This document shows, one piece after another, positions 1 through 8,292 of a stretch of DNA of 64,000 nucleotides. Each line of letters begins with the position of its first letter. Positions within the stretch are counted from its first letter, which is position 1. The translations under genes were made by a program, and so were the position numbers. Location of the stretch: positions 896,001 to 960,000 of the forward strand of contig CAXXFL010000006.1 in the NCBI GenBank assembly GCA_963674965.2. The letters run 5' to 3'. This stretch comes from a bacterium (GTDB lineage: Bacteria > RBG-13-61-14 > DATKZS01). The notes under the pieces are model-generated. The model made no database searches. It worked only from the letters and a program-made list of their open reading frames with translations, and was not told where the DNA came from.

Positions 1-681
1 GGCTTCCGTTTGTATAAAAGGCGTAGACCACCCTTCAGCTTTTGCGATATTTTTAGAGATAGCCTCAATCCTCCAGTTATTGTCCGAAAAGTACAATTCT
101 TGCCTGGCTTGTACCGTGCTTCCCGCCGGATATGGGTAATTATCTTGAGGAGTGACAATTTCCCAGTAATCCCCCCGCCAAGCGCATCCCGTGCCCTCGC
201 AGGCGTTGAAATGATAAAGCTCGCCGCCCTGGGTTAATAAATATGCGTGCAAAATATCTCTAATGTATTCAGGACGCGTCTCGAAATCATAAAAACTACT
301 GTAATGGAAAACAATGCGTTCGTTCATCACTTCCCAATTTAGACCATAAGGGGTTGCGGACTCCCGCCCAAGGAGAGTATACATGAAATCATCGGTCGCG
401 GTGGGATCGGATCTACGTATAATGGAAAAACCATATCCCCCATCCGATCCGATAGTCACATCCGCAAATGCAAGGTGGGGAATTCCGGTCATAGTGTCAA
501 TGTATTCGAAACTGGAAGGACGGTAATATTCCCTATATGGCGACATGAATTCCAACGTTCTTCGATAGTCATACTCGATTGGATTCAAAGTACCTTCCGC
601 CATTACCTTCGCGCTTGGAATAACAACTACCGCCAGCGCCGCCATCAAGATTACCTTTACACTTGCATACTTCAATTTCAT
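1..681 (-). CDS. Secreted RHS/YD-repeat-like protein, N-terminal part (runs off left edge)
   Basis: Manual translation from ATG 681 (GGAGG upstream) stays open to base 1: MKLKYASVKVILMAALAVVVIPSAKVMA signal-like leader, then EYIDTMTGIPHLAFADVTIGSDGGYGFSIIRR...PYGLNW resembling RHS N-terminal (DUF6531-like) segments. Absent from the ORF track because there is no stop in the window. Confidence 0.5.
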   Translation of the reverse strand, partial: MKLKYASVKVILMAALAVVVIPSAKVMAEGTLNPIEYDYRRTLEFMSPYREYYRPSSFEYIDTMTGIPHLAFADVTIGSDGGYGFSIIRRSDPTATDDFMYTLLGRESATPYGLNWEVMNERIVFHYSSFYDFETRPEYIRDILHAYLLTQGGELYHFNACEGTGCAWRGDYWEIVTPQDNYPYPAGSTVQARQELYFSDNNWRIEAISKNIAKAEGWSTPFIQTEA

Positions 682-1268
682 ACCTCCCAGATATGCGCTT
701 AAAACTGATCCCTGGCCTTCACGACACGAAAAGGCGCAGGGAGAACAAGCAAAGCTTTCCCCTTCGGTCAAAATAGCCGGGATAAATAAATTGGATTTTC
801 GATCTCCGCTCATGCCCCAAATTACAAGCCTCGCGTCCGAAGACTCTCCCCAAGAGTCAAGACTGGACTTTAACCGCCGTAAATGAACTGGACGGCTCTT
901 TTCCGTTCCTTATTATTAATGGTGAGCATTCAGGAGGGCTTGTGTCGGTCTTGGTGCTGTTGTTCCCCCCACGCACTTATAACTTATATTTATATAACTT
1001 GATCGCGAATCGTAGCAAAATGTTGTAATCAAGTCAAGATAGAATATTTGAAAAGATTGTGCCAACCTAAATTGTGTTACCAATACAGATAGTTATAATT
1101 TATTAGAAACCCCTGGTCTGCGCCTTCAAGAGCAATGTCTTGATAAGATACTGTCACTGCTGTTTGAATGTATAAGTGCCCTGTTCAAGGTAATGCGAGC
1201 CTCCCCGCGGTTAAAATGGAGTATCAGGCTTTTTAAGGCCGTCACCCAAACCAGACAAGGAGGCTTGC

Positions 1269-2294
1269 ATGAAAGATTATCATTATGTTGGGTTGGATGT
1301 CCACAAGAAGAGCATTGCTTTTTGTGTGAAGGAGGCGGACGGTCGGATCGTTGAGGAGGGCGAGATCGGGGCTACCCGTCGGGAGTTGGCGGCGTGGGCC
1401 GAGGGTCGAGATCGGGCGTGGAACGGGGCCATGGAGGCGACGATGTTCACGGGTTGGATCTACGATTTTCTTTTGCCTTACGCTGAGGACCTCAAGGTGG
1501 GTCACTCGTACATGTTGCGGGCGATTTGCGCGTCGAAGAAGAAGAACGACCGGGTTGACGCTCGCAAACTGGCCGACACCCTTCGCTGCGACTGGTTTCC
1601 CGAGTGCCACATGGCGCCGCCGGAGATTCGCGAGCTGCGCCGGGTCTTGCGCTACCGCAACTTGCTGGTTCGGGAGGCGGCCAAGCTCAAGACCAAGACG
1701 GCGGGACTGTTGATGGAGGTCGGGGCCGAATACGACAAGAATCGGCTCCATGGCGAGCGCTATTTCGAGGCCCTGCTCGGGAGTTTGGAAGACGTGCCGG
1801 ACTCGGTAGTTGAGTTGCTCGAGTTGACCCATTCGGGGATGAGGATTTTCGAGACGAATCAGAAACGGCTGGTTAACGCCTTGGTCGAACACCCGGTCCT
1901 GGCCGAGAGGGTAAAGCGGTTGATGACGATCCCCGGGGTTGGACAAGTAACCGCTCTGACCTGGGCGCTCGAAATCGGCGACCCGCATCGCTTCACTTCC
2001 GTGAAAAAAGCGCAGAGCTATTGCGGCCTGTGCAGCGCCCAAAACGAATCGGCGGGCAAGAGCAAACGCGGTCCGTTGTCCAAGCAGCGCAACAAACATC
2101 TTCAAACCATGCTGGTCGAGGCGGCCAAGCTCGCGCCTCGATATAACTCCCAGTTAGCGGAGGTTCACGAAAAAGCCCGGGCCGGAGGCGCTAACCGCAA
2201 CCGCGCCACTCTGGCCGTGGCCCGCAAACTGGTGGCGTACTTGTTGTGCGTGGATAAAACCGTGAGGCCCTTTGTGATGGCCGACGAAAATTAA
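1269..2294 (+). CDS. IS110-family recombinase/transposase
   Basis: DEDD RuvC-like motifs YVGLDVHK, MEAT, KNDRVDA; TIPGVG; YCGL..NESAGK serine motif; LAVARKL C-terminus; AAGGAGG RBS. Confidence 0.96.
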   Translation: MKDYHYVGLDVHKKSIAFCVKEADGRIVEEGEIGATRRELAAWAEGRDRAWNGAMEATMFTGWIYDFLLPYAEDLKVGHSYMLRAICASKKKNDRVDARKLADTLRCDWFPECHMAPPEIRELRRVLRYRNLLVREAAKLKTKTAGLLMEVGAEYDKNRLHGERYFEALLGSLEDVPDSVVELLELTHSGMRIFETNQKRLVNALVEHPVLAERVKRLMTIPGVGQVTALTWALEIGDPHRFTSVKKAQSYCGLCSAQNESAGKSKRGPLSKQRNKHLQTMLVEAAKLAPRYNSQLAEVHEKARAGGANRNRATLAVARKLVAYLLCVDKTVRPFVMADEN

Positions 2295-2311
2295 TCTCCG
2301 ATCGCGCGCCA

Positions 2312-2490
2312 CCCGCCGGTCCTCGCCGATTTTGGACTGGGCGACCCCGCTTCGGCGGGAGATGCTCCCTTACTGCTGTTTCGAGGCCGGCGGGATGATC
2401 CAAACTCAATCTTCGGCGATGGCCCAGGCCTGATGCCGCAAATGGATGTCTGGTCGCCCTCGGGGTCGGCCAAGGTCAAGAGGCGCGGCG
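2312..2490 (+). ncRNA. IS110 bridge/seek RNA (target- and donor-binding loops); ends approximate
   Basis: Stem 2312-2325/2382-2394 encloses ATTTTGGAC (2329-2337, reverse complement of flank 3549-3557), a UUCG hairpin and ACTGCTGT (2372-2379, identical to flank 1156-1163). ATCCAAAC (2398-2405) and ATGGATGT (2442-2449) match the circle-junction donor ATGGATGTTTGAAT. Confidence 0.8.
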
Positions 2491-3547
2491 ATCGAAAAGA
2501 AAATGAGTTTATCGCTTTGAGGGCCTACGGCCGGGACGAAGAAAAAAGGGCGAAGCAAATCCGCCCCGCCCGGCCGTCTGGACACCCGCGTCGGCGCTCA
2601 GGTTGCTCTCCAGCGGAGCCCTATCCTCCGCGCGGGCAAAAAGGATGATAGCATGAGTTGATCAGCGGATAAATCGTCGATGAACGGGGAGCCTCCCACT
2701 CCCCTTGACAAACACTTATCATGGAGGTCGCCCTCGGGGTCGGCCAAGGTCAAGAGGCGCGGCGATCGAAAAGAAAATGAGTTTATCGCTTTGAGGGCCT
2801 ACGGCCGGGACGAAGAAAAAAGGGCGAAGCAAATCCGCCCCGCCCGGCCGTCTGGACACCCGCGTCGGCGCTCAGGTTGCTCTCCAGCGGAGCCCTATCC
2901 TCCGCGCGGGCAAAAAGGATGATAGCATGAGTTGATCAGCGGATAAATCGTCGATGAACGGGGAGCCTCCCACTCCCCTTGACAAACACTTATCATGGAG
3001 GTCGCCCTCGGGGTCGGCCAAGGTCAAGAGGCGCGGCGATCGAAAAGAAAATGAGTTTATCGCTTTGAGGGCCTACGGCCGGGACGAAGAAAAAAGGGCG
3101 AAGCAAATCCGCCCCGCCCGGCCGTCTGGACACCCGCGTCGGCGCTCAGGTTGCTCTCCAGCGGAGCCCTATCCTCCGCGCGGGCAAAAAGGATGATAGC
3201 ATGAGTTGATCAGCGGATAAATCGTCGATGAACGGGGAGCCTCCCACTCCCCTTGACAAACACTTATCATGGAGGTCGCCCTCGGGGTCGGCCAAGGTCA
3301 AGAGGCGCGGCGATCGAAAAGAAAATGAGTTTATCGCTTTGAGGGCCTACGGCCGGGACGAAGAAAAAAGGGCGAAGCAAATCCGCCCCGCCCGGCCGTC
3401 TGGACACCCGCGTCGGCGCTCAGGTTGCTCTCCAGCGGAGCCCTATCCTCCGCGCGGGCAAAAAGGATGATAGCATGAGTTGATCAGCGGATAAATCGTC
3501 GATGAACGGGGAGCCTCCCACTCCCCTTGACAAACACTTATCATGGA
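2452..3547 (+). repeat. Four apparently identical 274-bp tandem copies of the IS110 right end
   Basis: Units start GGTCGCCCTCGGGG at 2452, 2726, 3000, 3274 and end CCTTGACAAACACTTATCATGGA; no spacers. Confidence 0.95.
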
Positions 3548-3630
3548 TGTCCAAAATAGGACGGACCTTGCCTTTGCCCCATTATAAAACGGGGATTTAG
3601 ATGGTCAAGCTATGGGTTTTCAGGTTGAGG

Positions 3631-4251
3631 TTATCCCTTTTTGTCCCGCCGGGGCTGTCCAAGACCGCTGATGGGAAGATATAGTTGCTGGGGTTTGGGC
3701 ACGATAGGCTCCACGCCGAAGGGATTTTGCAGCCATTCCGTCAAATCCCGATAAGTAAAGAGGTTCAGCCGCGGCATGGAGGCCAGGTTCGAGAACGACC
3801 AGCCGGCCATGGATATGTAATGGAGCCACTTCAAAATAAGGATGGCGATTAAGGCTGTCCAAATCCGGATGAGCAGCGCGTTCTCGCTCGTGCCCACGAA
3901 GGACTTGATTTTGAGGTTTTGTTTCAGGGCCTTGAAGAATATCTCGATCTCCCACCGGTCCTTGTAAAGCGCGGCGGGCCGGTTTTTGTTGGCGTAGGCG
4001 AGGGGCGACTTGTTGGGGTCCTTTTTGACGCCGAGGTGGACGAGCTTGCCCATGCAGCACTTGAGTCCGTTGCAGATTTCACGCAGGGAGTCGGCCCTCG
4101 CGAGTTGGCAGAACATCATGGCCACGAACTGGTCCCAGCAGGTGAAGCCCTTGGCCTTGTACTCGGCGTTGTTTTTCCTGACCAGGGCCGCGAACTCGGA
4201 GCGGGGAAAATGTTTCAATACTTGACTGAACAGGCTGGATACGCGTACCAT
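3631..4251 (-). pseudogene. IS4-family transposase with in-frame internal deletion
   Basis: DUF4372-like N-terminus (SLFSQVL..FTCWDQFVAMMFCQL..SLREI) runs directly into the IS4 signature Y-K-D-R-W-E-I-E-I-F-F-K; only 206 aa, the central DD region is missing. Confidence 0.85.
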
Positions 4252-4325
4252 AGTTTAGTCCTCCTTGTTGCCATGGATTTTTGTGTAATAAAAGTATCCC
4301 ACGGCATGGAGGACTTTTCATTTAA

Positions 4326-5668
4326 GGATCAACGTATTTAAGTATGGGTATATTTAGCATGGAAAGCGCCCCTTATCTTTAGGAAGAAGTATTCCATGTC
4401 CCTGAAGCCGAAGGCAATGCGCTTTATCACCTTGATCTTGTTGTTCACTCCCTCGATGAGGCTGGTGTGAATAGGATAACGGCAATGAGAGATGAGACCG
4501 GGCATGTGATCCTTGAGCTTCTTGGCGAATTTCTTCAAAGCGTCGATCCGCGATCTCATCGCTCGATGATACCAGTTCATCAGCCACTTGCGCGACCAAG
4601 CCTCGCTTTTATACCTCCAGATCTGCTTGAGGTCGTCCTTAAGAACATAGACTTTGAAAAGCTTGCGGTTAAGCCGGAGGAGATCGGCCAACCGAACGTG
4701 CTCGCCCCTTTCCACGTCAAGGTTCGAGGCGTTTTTAAGAAGCAGGTAGCGGCTGCCCTTGATGGCTTCCTTGCGTTCGCCTCGGGCCATCCTGAATTCC
4801 TGGACCCGGACCTTGTCCACCACCTCGCGTCCGTAAGCCGAAATGACGTGGAAGGGATCGTAAACTATCGCGGCGTTAGGGCAATGCTCGCGAGTGGCCT
4901 CCTCATAAGGCTTCCACATGTCCATGGCCACCGCCTCGATCTTCTCGCACTTTTCCGGCCCCAGGGCCTCGTAAAAAAAGGACAGGCTCTCCTTGGTCCG
5001 GTCCAGGCCGATGTAGGGGATTTCACCGCTCTTGAAGTCGATCACGGCCGTGGCGTAGCGATGGCGGCGGCGGATGGAAAACTCGTCCACGCCGATGACG
5101 GTGGGAGAAGCCTCGGACGGATCGGGCACTCGCTCATCCAGCGCGGCCTTGTCTATGGCCTTGACCGTCTTCTCGTGGAGGCCGTACTGCTCGGCAACGG
5201 CCTTAAGGCTACGAATCTCCTCGCAGGCCAAAGCCACCTCGGCGGCAAGACGTTTCGAGTACTCGACCCGGGGAAGCGTCCACTCGAGGCTCTCGGTGAC
5301 CACTCCGCAGTCGGGGCAATCAACGCGGACCTGATAGAAAAAAAGGTAACTCCGCTTGAAGACGCCGTAGGAAAGATCACGGACGCAACGTTCGTCGCAG
5401 TCGTAATACGCGCTGAACTCCCTGCCGCATCTGCACTTGTAAACGTTGCGATCGCGCGAAAGCTCGATCATCAGGCTGGGGAATTCATCTCCCTCCCAAG
5501 TATGAGTGCTGACCCGATGAACGGAAAAACCTGGAATGTTGACCATAATATCGATATAATCCTTTTTGACCGCCATCTCGTCCTCCTTGTTTTGGTGCTT
5601 TTTGCTAAAACTACTCTGACAAAGAGAACGGGGGCGGTCAATTCACCCACACTAAATTACGTAGAACC
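4326..5668 (-). mobile_element. ISL3-family insertion sequence
   Basis: Termini GGATCAACGTATTTAAGTATGGGT and GGTTCTACGTAATTTAGTGTGGGT (19/24 IR); 8-bp direct repeat TCATTTAA at 4318-4325 and 5669-5676. Confidence 0.93.
4338..5576 (-). CDS. ISL3-family transposase
   Basis: Zn finger CRCG..CPDC; IGVDEF; VAMDMWKPY; YDPFHV; IEGVNNKIKVIKRIAFGFRD. Confidence 0.95.
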   Translation of the reverse strand: MAVKKDYIDIMVNIPGFSVHRVSTHTWEGDEFPSLMIELSRDRNVYKCRCGREFSAYYDCDERCVRDLSYGVFKRSYLFFYQVRVDCPDCGVVTESLEWTLPRVEYSKRLAAEVALACEEIRSLKAVAEQYGLHEKTVKAIDKAALDERVPDPSEASPTVIGVDEFSIRRRHRYATAVIDFKSGEIPYIGLDRTKESLSFFYEALGPEKCEKIEAVAMDMWKPYEEATREHCPNAAIVYDPFHVISAYGREVVDKVRVQEFRMARGERKEAIKGSRYLLLKNASNLDVERGEHVRLADLLRLNRKLFKVYVLKDDLKQIWRYKSEAWSRKWLMNWYHRAMRSRIDALKKFAKKLKDHMPGLISHCRYPIHTSLIEGVNNKIKVIKRIAFGFRDMEYFFLKIRGAFHAKYTHT

Positions 5669-5889
5669 TCATTTAAAAGCTATCTTGGACAAGAGTGAGA
5701 TACTGTATTATTTTTTCTTTCTTCTCTGGAAAAATATTTATTATTGGGTCATATAATGCCGCTAAAATCAAGAAATGTTATAGACAAAATGAGTCACATG
5801 CGTCCGCCTTTTTGCAATGCTCGATAAATTCCGTTAACTCAGATATCACTTGTCCTCTTACTCTTGCCAAGCCCTCAAAAGTCATCATG

Positions 5890-6828
5890 CTATTTCGCAA
5901 AGGGCACGGATAAACGCTCCGCCAGTTCCAATGCATCCGCGGGCCAGAACCTCTCGGTCCGAGGATGGCGCACATTCCGCCGTCCAAACGCGGGGCGGCA
6001 TTCGAGCAGGGACTCGACCCATTGGGTGGGGAGCGAGTTCCGGCCATGCACCGCGCCCAACAGCGCGCCACAGATGGCGGCGTTGGTGTCGGTATCTCCG
6101 CCTCGCATAACGGTGTCAACGACGGCTTCCTCCAGGTTCGGGGCGTGCGGAAGCTGCCACAGGGCGTTTCCGAATGCCGTCAGTACCCACCCCTGTTGGT
6201 GGACATAGTCGGCGGGCGGCGCGTCGGCCGCTCTTCGGACAGCATCAAGGAGACTTTCATCCACCTCCATGCCTTCCGACCAGGTCACGATCTGCTCATA
6301 CAGATTTCGGCCATCGCACCCCGAGTGGATGGCATGGGCAATCGCCATCGTGAACAATGCGTTGGCTTGCTGGCAAACCGGATGGGGATGGGTGATCGCG
6401 GCATCCTGTCGCGCCCACTCGGCCACATGCTTCAAATCATGGTTGGCTCCGAAGATGCCGAGCGGACTGATCCGCATCATCGCGCCGTTGGCCTGGCTGT
6501 CCGGATTGGGACGACCCCGCAGACCACCGGCGACGGTCATGCCACAATCGAACGGCCCGGAGTCCAGCCAGAAGATGTACGCTTTCCTGGCTTCAGCGGG
6601 ATCGTACTTTCCCCGCTCGGAAAGCATGCGGGCCAGGGAGAGGGCCATCTCGGAATCATCGGTCGGTTGTCCGGCAATCGTGTCCCAGGCGCCTCCGTCG
6701 GCAAGCTCCCTCACTCCGTCGGGGTATTCCCGTCGGATGTCCTCCGGAGTTCGAAACTCGACCAGGCCGCCCAGCGCGTCTCCGGCAAGCTGTCCAAGGA
6801 GACAGCCTTGGGCGCGTTCAACTTGCAT
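5890..6828 (-). CDS. ADP-ribosylglycohydrolase (DraG/ARH family)
   Basis: GCLLGQLAGDALG, PTDDSEM, ANGAMMR, ITHPHP, GGDTDTNAAICGALLGA. Confidence 0.93.
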   Translation of the reverse strand: MQVERAQGCLLGQLAGDALGGLVEFRTPEDIRREYPDGVRELADGGAWDTIAGQPTDDSEMALSLARMLSERGKYDPAEARKAYIFWLDSGPFDCGMTVAGGLRGRPNPDSQANGAMMRISPLGIFGANHDLKHVAEWARQDAAITHPHPVCQQANALFTMAIAHAIHSGCDGRNLYEQIVTWSEGMEVDESLLDAVRRAADAPPADYVHQQGWVLTAFGNALWQLPHAPNLEEAVVDTVMRGGDTDTNAAICGALLGAVHGRNSLPTQWVESLLECRPAFGRRNVRHPRTERFWPADALELAERLSVPFAK

Positions 6829-7048
6829 GGGATATCTCCATAAATTCTAAAAGTCGCCGTCAGACTGTCGAAATTCAGATTGGCCCGCGGACCCTGACTG
6901 AATTGAAGGCTCAATGCCCATTAGTCAGCGCGGCGAACAATAATTTCTGAGCCGCTCGAGCGATGAAAGTCTAGTCGAAATCACTGATCGAAGTCAAGGA
7001 GGACGATGGAAAAGAATAAGTTGTCCTCGTATATTTTTTCATTCCATC

Positions 7049-7240
7049 TTATTCATCCGGCAGAACAAGCGTCCAAATACGTTTGAGAGGCAATTCGGCC
7101 TGGATGTCTTCTGAAAGTTTTTCATAGTGAGCAAAAAGCGCGTCCATTAAATCTTCAGAATCCCATAGACGAATCTGGAAAAATATCTGCCTTGACTCCG
7201 TTTCCACGTTTCCTTTAAAGCCTCCCCGACCACAACTGTC
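7049..7240 (-). pseudogene. C-terminal remnant of an Mrr-like restriction endonuclease
   Basis: GGFK..RQIFFQIRLWDSEDLMDALFAHYEKLSEDIQAELPLKRIWTLV resembles Mrr-family C-termini; upstream part of the ORF looks unrelated. Confidence 0.6.
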
Positions 7241-7401
7241 ATTATAACCACTCTCTATTCGACAACATGTCCCTTTTTGCTTTTCATCCTCAACTCCCCA
7301 ATACGGTAATTTTAATAGCGACTTCATGTAGCATGAGCAGTCAATACCGCCAATCTGATCCCAAAGTATTAAATATTATTTCATGATCATTATCTATTTG
7401 T

Positions 7402-8292
7402 CTATCCCTGTTTCTCATAGCTAGACCGAATATGATCCAGAAGCTCATCTTTATTGCAACGATTTGATTCGAAGAACAGCGAAGCCTCCTTGAGCAGGTT
7501 CCCAACAATCGGACCAGGTGCAATGTGCAACATATCAATGATATCGCGTCCTGTTACTGGAATAACAATACAATTTTCATCAAGGAGAGCTTTTTCGATC
7601 AGGAGAATGGCTTCGTGCTCAAAATCGAAACCATCATCCAAAATTTCAAGCTGTTTACGCCAGCGGTTAATATATCGGTTGCGGAATGCGACGGTGTTAA
7701 GCGCTTCCCTCCCGAGTTGACGCTTTGAATCTTCAATGAGCGGATCGAACGATGCAGCTGGCCAACTGCGAGCCAGGCGTCGGTTCCAGTCTTCAATTTT
7801 ATCTTTAGCGTTATCACCATCGGACTCTATTTGCCTCACAATAGTTTCAATACCGCCCAGGAATTCGACCGCATCCTCGATAAGATGATTGTAACATTCG
7901 AGCCAATGCTCTGCTTTTTCTGGTATGGCAGTGCCGCATGACTTCCGACGCCACAATTCGGCGACCGTTCTAGCTTGCTGATCAGAGTCGGCAAATCCAA
8001 GATTATGATGAAGTTCGGTCCGGAGACATCGCACCGCTTCGAGGTGTTGGTCAGTCCGATCACGATCCATTACATGATTAGTTTCACCAATACGCCTAAG
8101 GAATAATATACTTACTCGGCCCCCTTCGTAATAAAGACAGTATAGCCAAGATGTAGCTCTTATAAATGCGGGTTCAGGACAAATAGGATCTGGCAACATC
8201 ACATGAATCTCTTCAAAAGCAGAGCGCCCAATAAGACTTCTGCTAAGCGCGTTAATGCGCTGATGGTGGCGAAGAATATCTTCGAAGCTCAT
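7402..8292 (-). CDS. Uncharacterised protein: possible HEPN-like RxxxxH region plus CCA-adding-enzyme-like C-terminal tail
   Basis: RCLRTELHH; C-terminal IPVTGRDIIDMLHIAPGPIVGNLLKEA..KDELLDHI; ATGA overlap with upstream gene. Confidence 0.55.
   Translation of the reverse strand: MSFEDILRHHQRINALSRSLIGRSAFEEIHVMLPDPICPEPAFIRATSWLYCLYYEGGRVSILFLRRIGETNHVMDRDRTDQHLEAVRCLRTELHHNLGFADSDQQARTVAELWRRKSCGTAIPEKAEHWLECYNHLIEDAVEFLGGIETIVRQIESDGDNAKDKIEDWNRRLARSWPAASFDPLIEDSKRQLGREALNTVAFRNRYINRWRKQLEILDDGFDFEHEAILLIEKALLDENCIVIPVTGRDIIDMLHIAPGPIVGNLLKEASLFFESNRCNKDELLDHIRSSYEKQG

Larger units (their letters stand above)
1161..3550 (+). mobile_element. IS110-family element, IS1111-like (long 3' non-coding end, sub-terminal inverted repeats)
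   Basis: Core TGT at both ends (1161-1163, 3548-3550); sub-terminal IR ATAAGTG (1172-1178) / CACTTAT (3535-3541); removal restores the IS4 IR. Confidence 0.88.
1155..5697 (-). mobile_element. IS4-family element (DUF4372 type) interrupted by an IS110 and an ISL3
   Basis: 9-bp direct repeat AGATACTGT at 1146-1154 and 5698-5706. IR TATCTTGGACAAGAGTG (5681-5697) matches 14/17 the other IR CACTGCTGTCCAAAATA rebuilt by removing the IS110 (1155-1163 + 3551-3558). Confidence 0.9.

Noticed and set aside
700-1140. tRNA, riboswitch or prophage att site in the intergenic region
   Set aside because: Only short hairpins; no cloverleaf, known consensus or matching second att copy in the window.
1135-1156. 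Alternative IS110 left end at ATGTC-T-TGATAAGATACTGTCA
   Set aside because: It resembles the right-end IR, but overlaps the IS4 target duplication; the 1161-1163 junction restores the IS4 IR and matches the RNA guides.
2433-3470. Four 71-80 aa ORFs in the tandem repeat
   Set aside because: By-products of the repeated IS right end; no convincing RBS or protein-like composition.
2452-3547. CRISPR array or multi-guide RNA array
   Set aside because: Units are identical with no variable spacers, no cas genes are present, and the identified guides lie outside the repeated unit.
3527-3550. Circle-junction promoter from right-end TTGACA
   Set aside because: In the reconstructed junction the best -10 (TATAAG) is 25 bp away and the hexamers at 17-18 bp lack the conserved A.
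6890-7400. Integron attC-like sites around the Mrr remnant
   Set aside because: Only short GTT/AAC-like half sites; no convincing paired stem and no integron integrase in the window.
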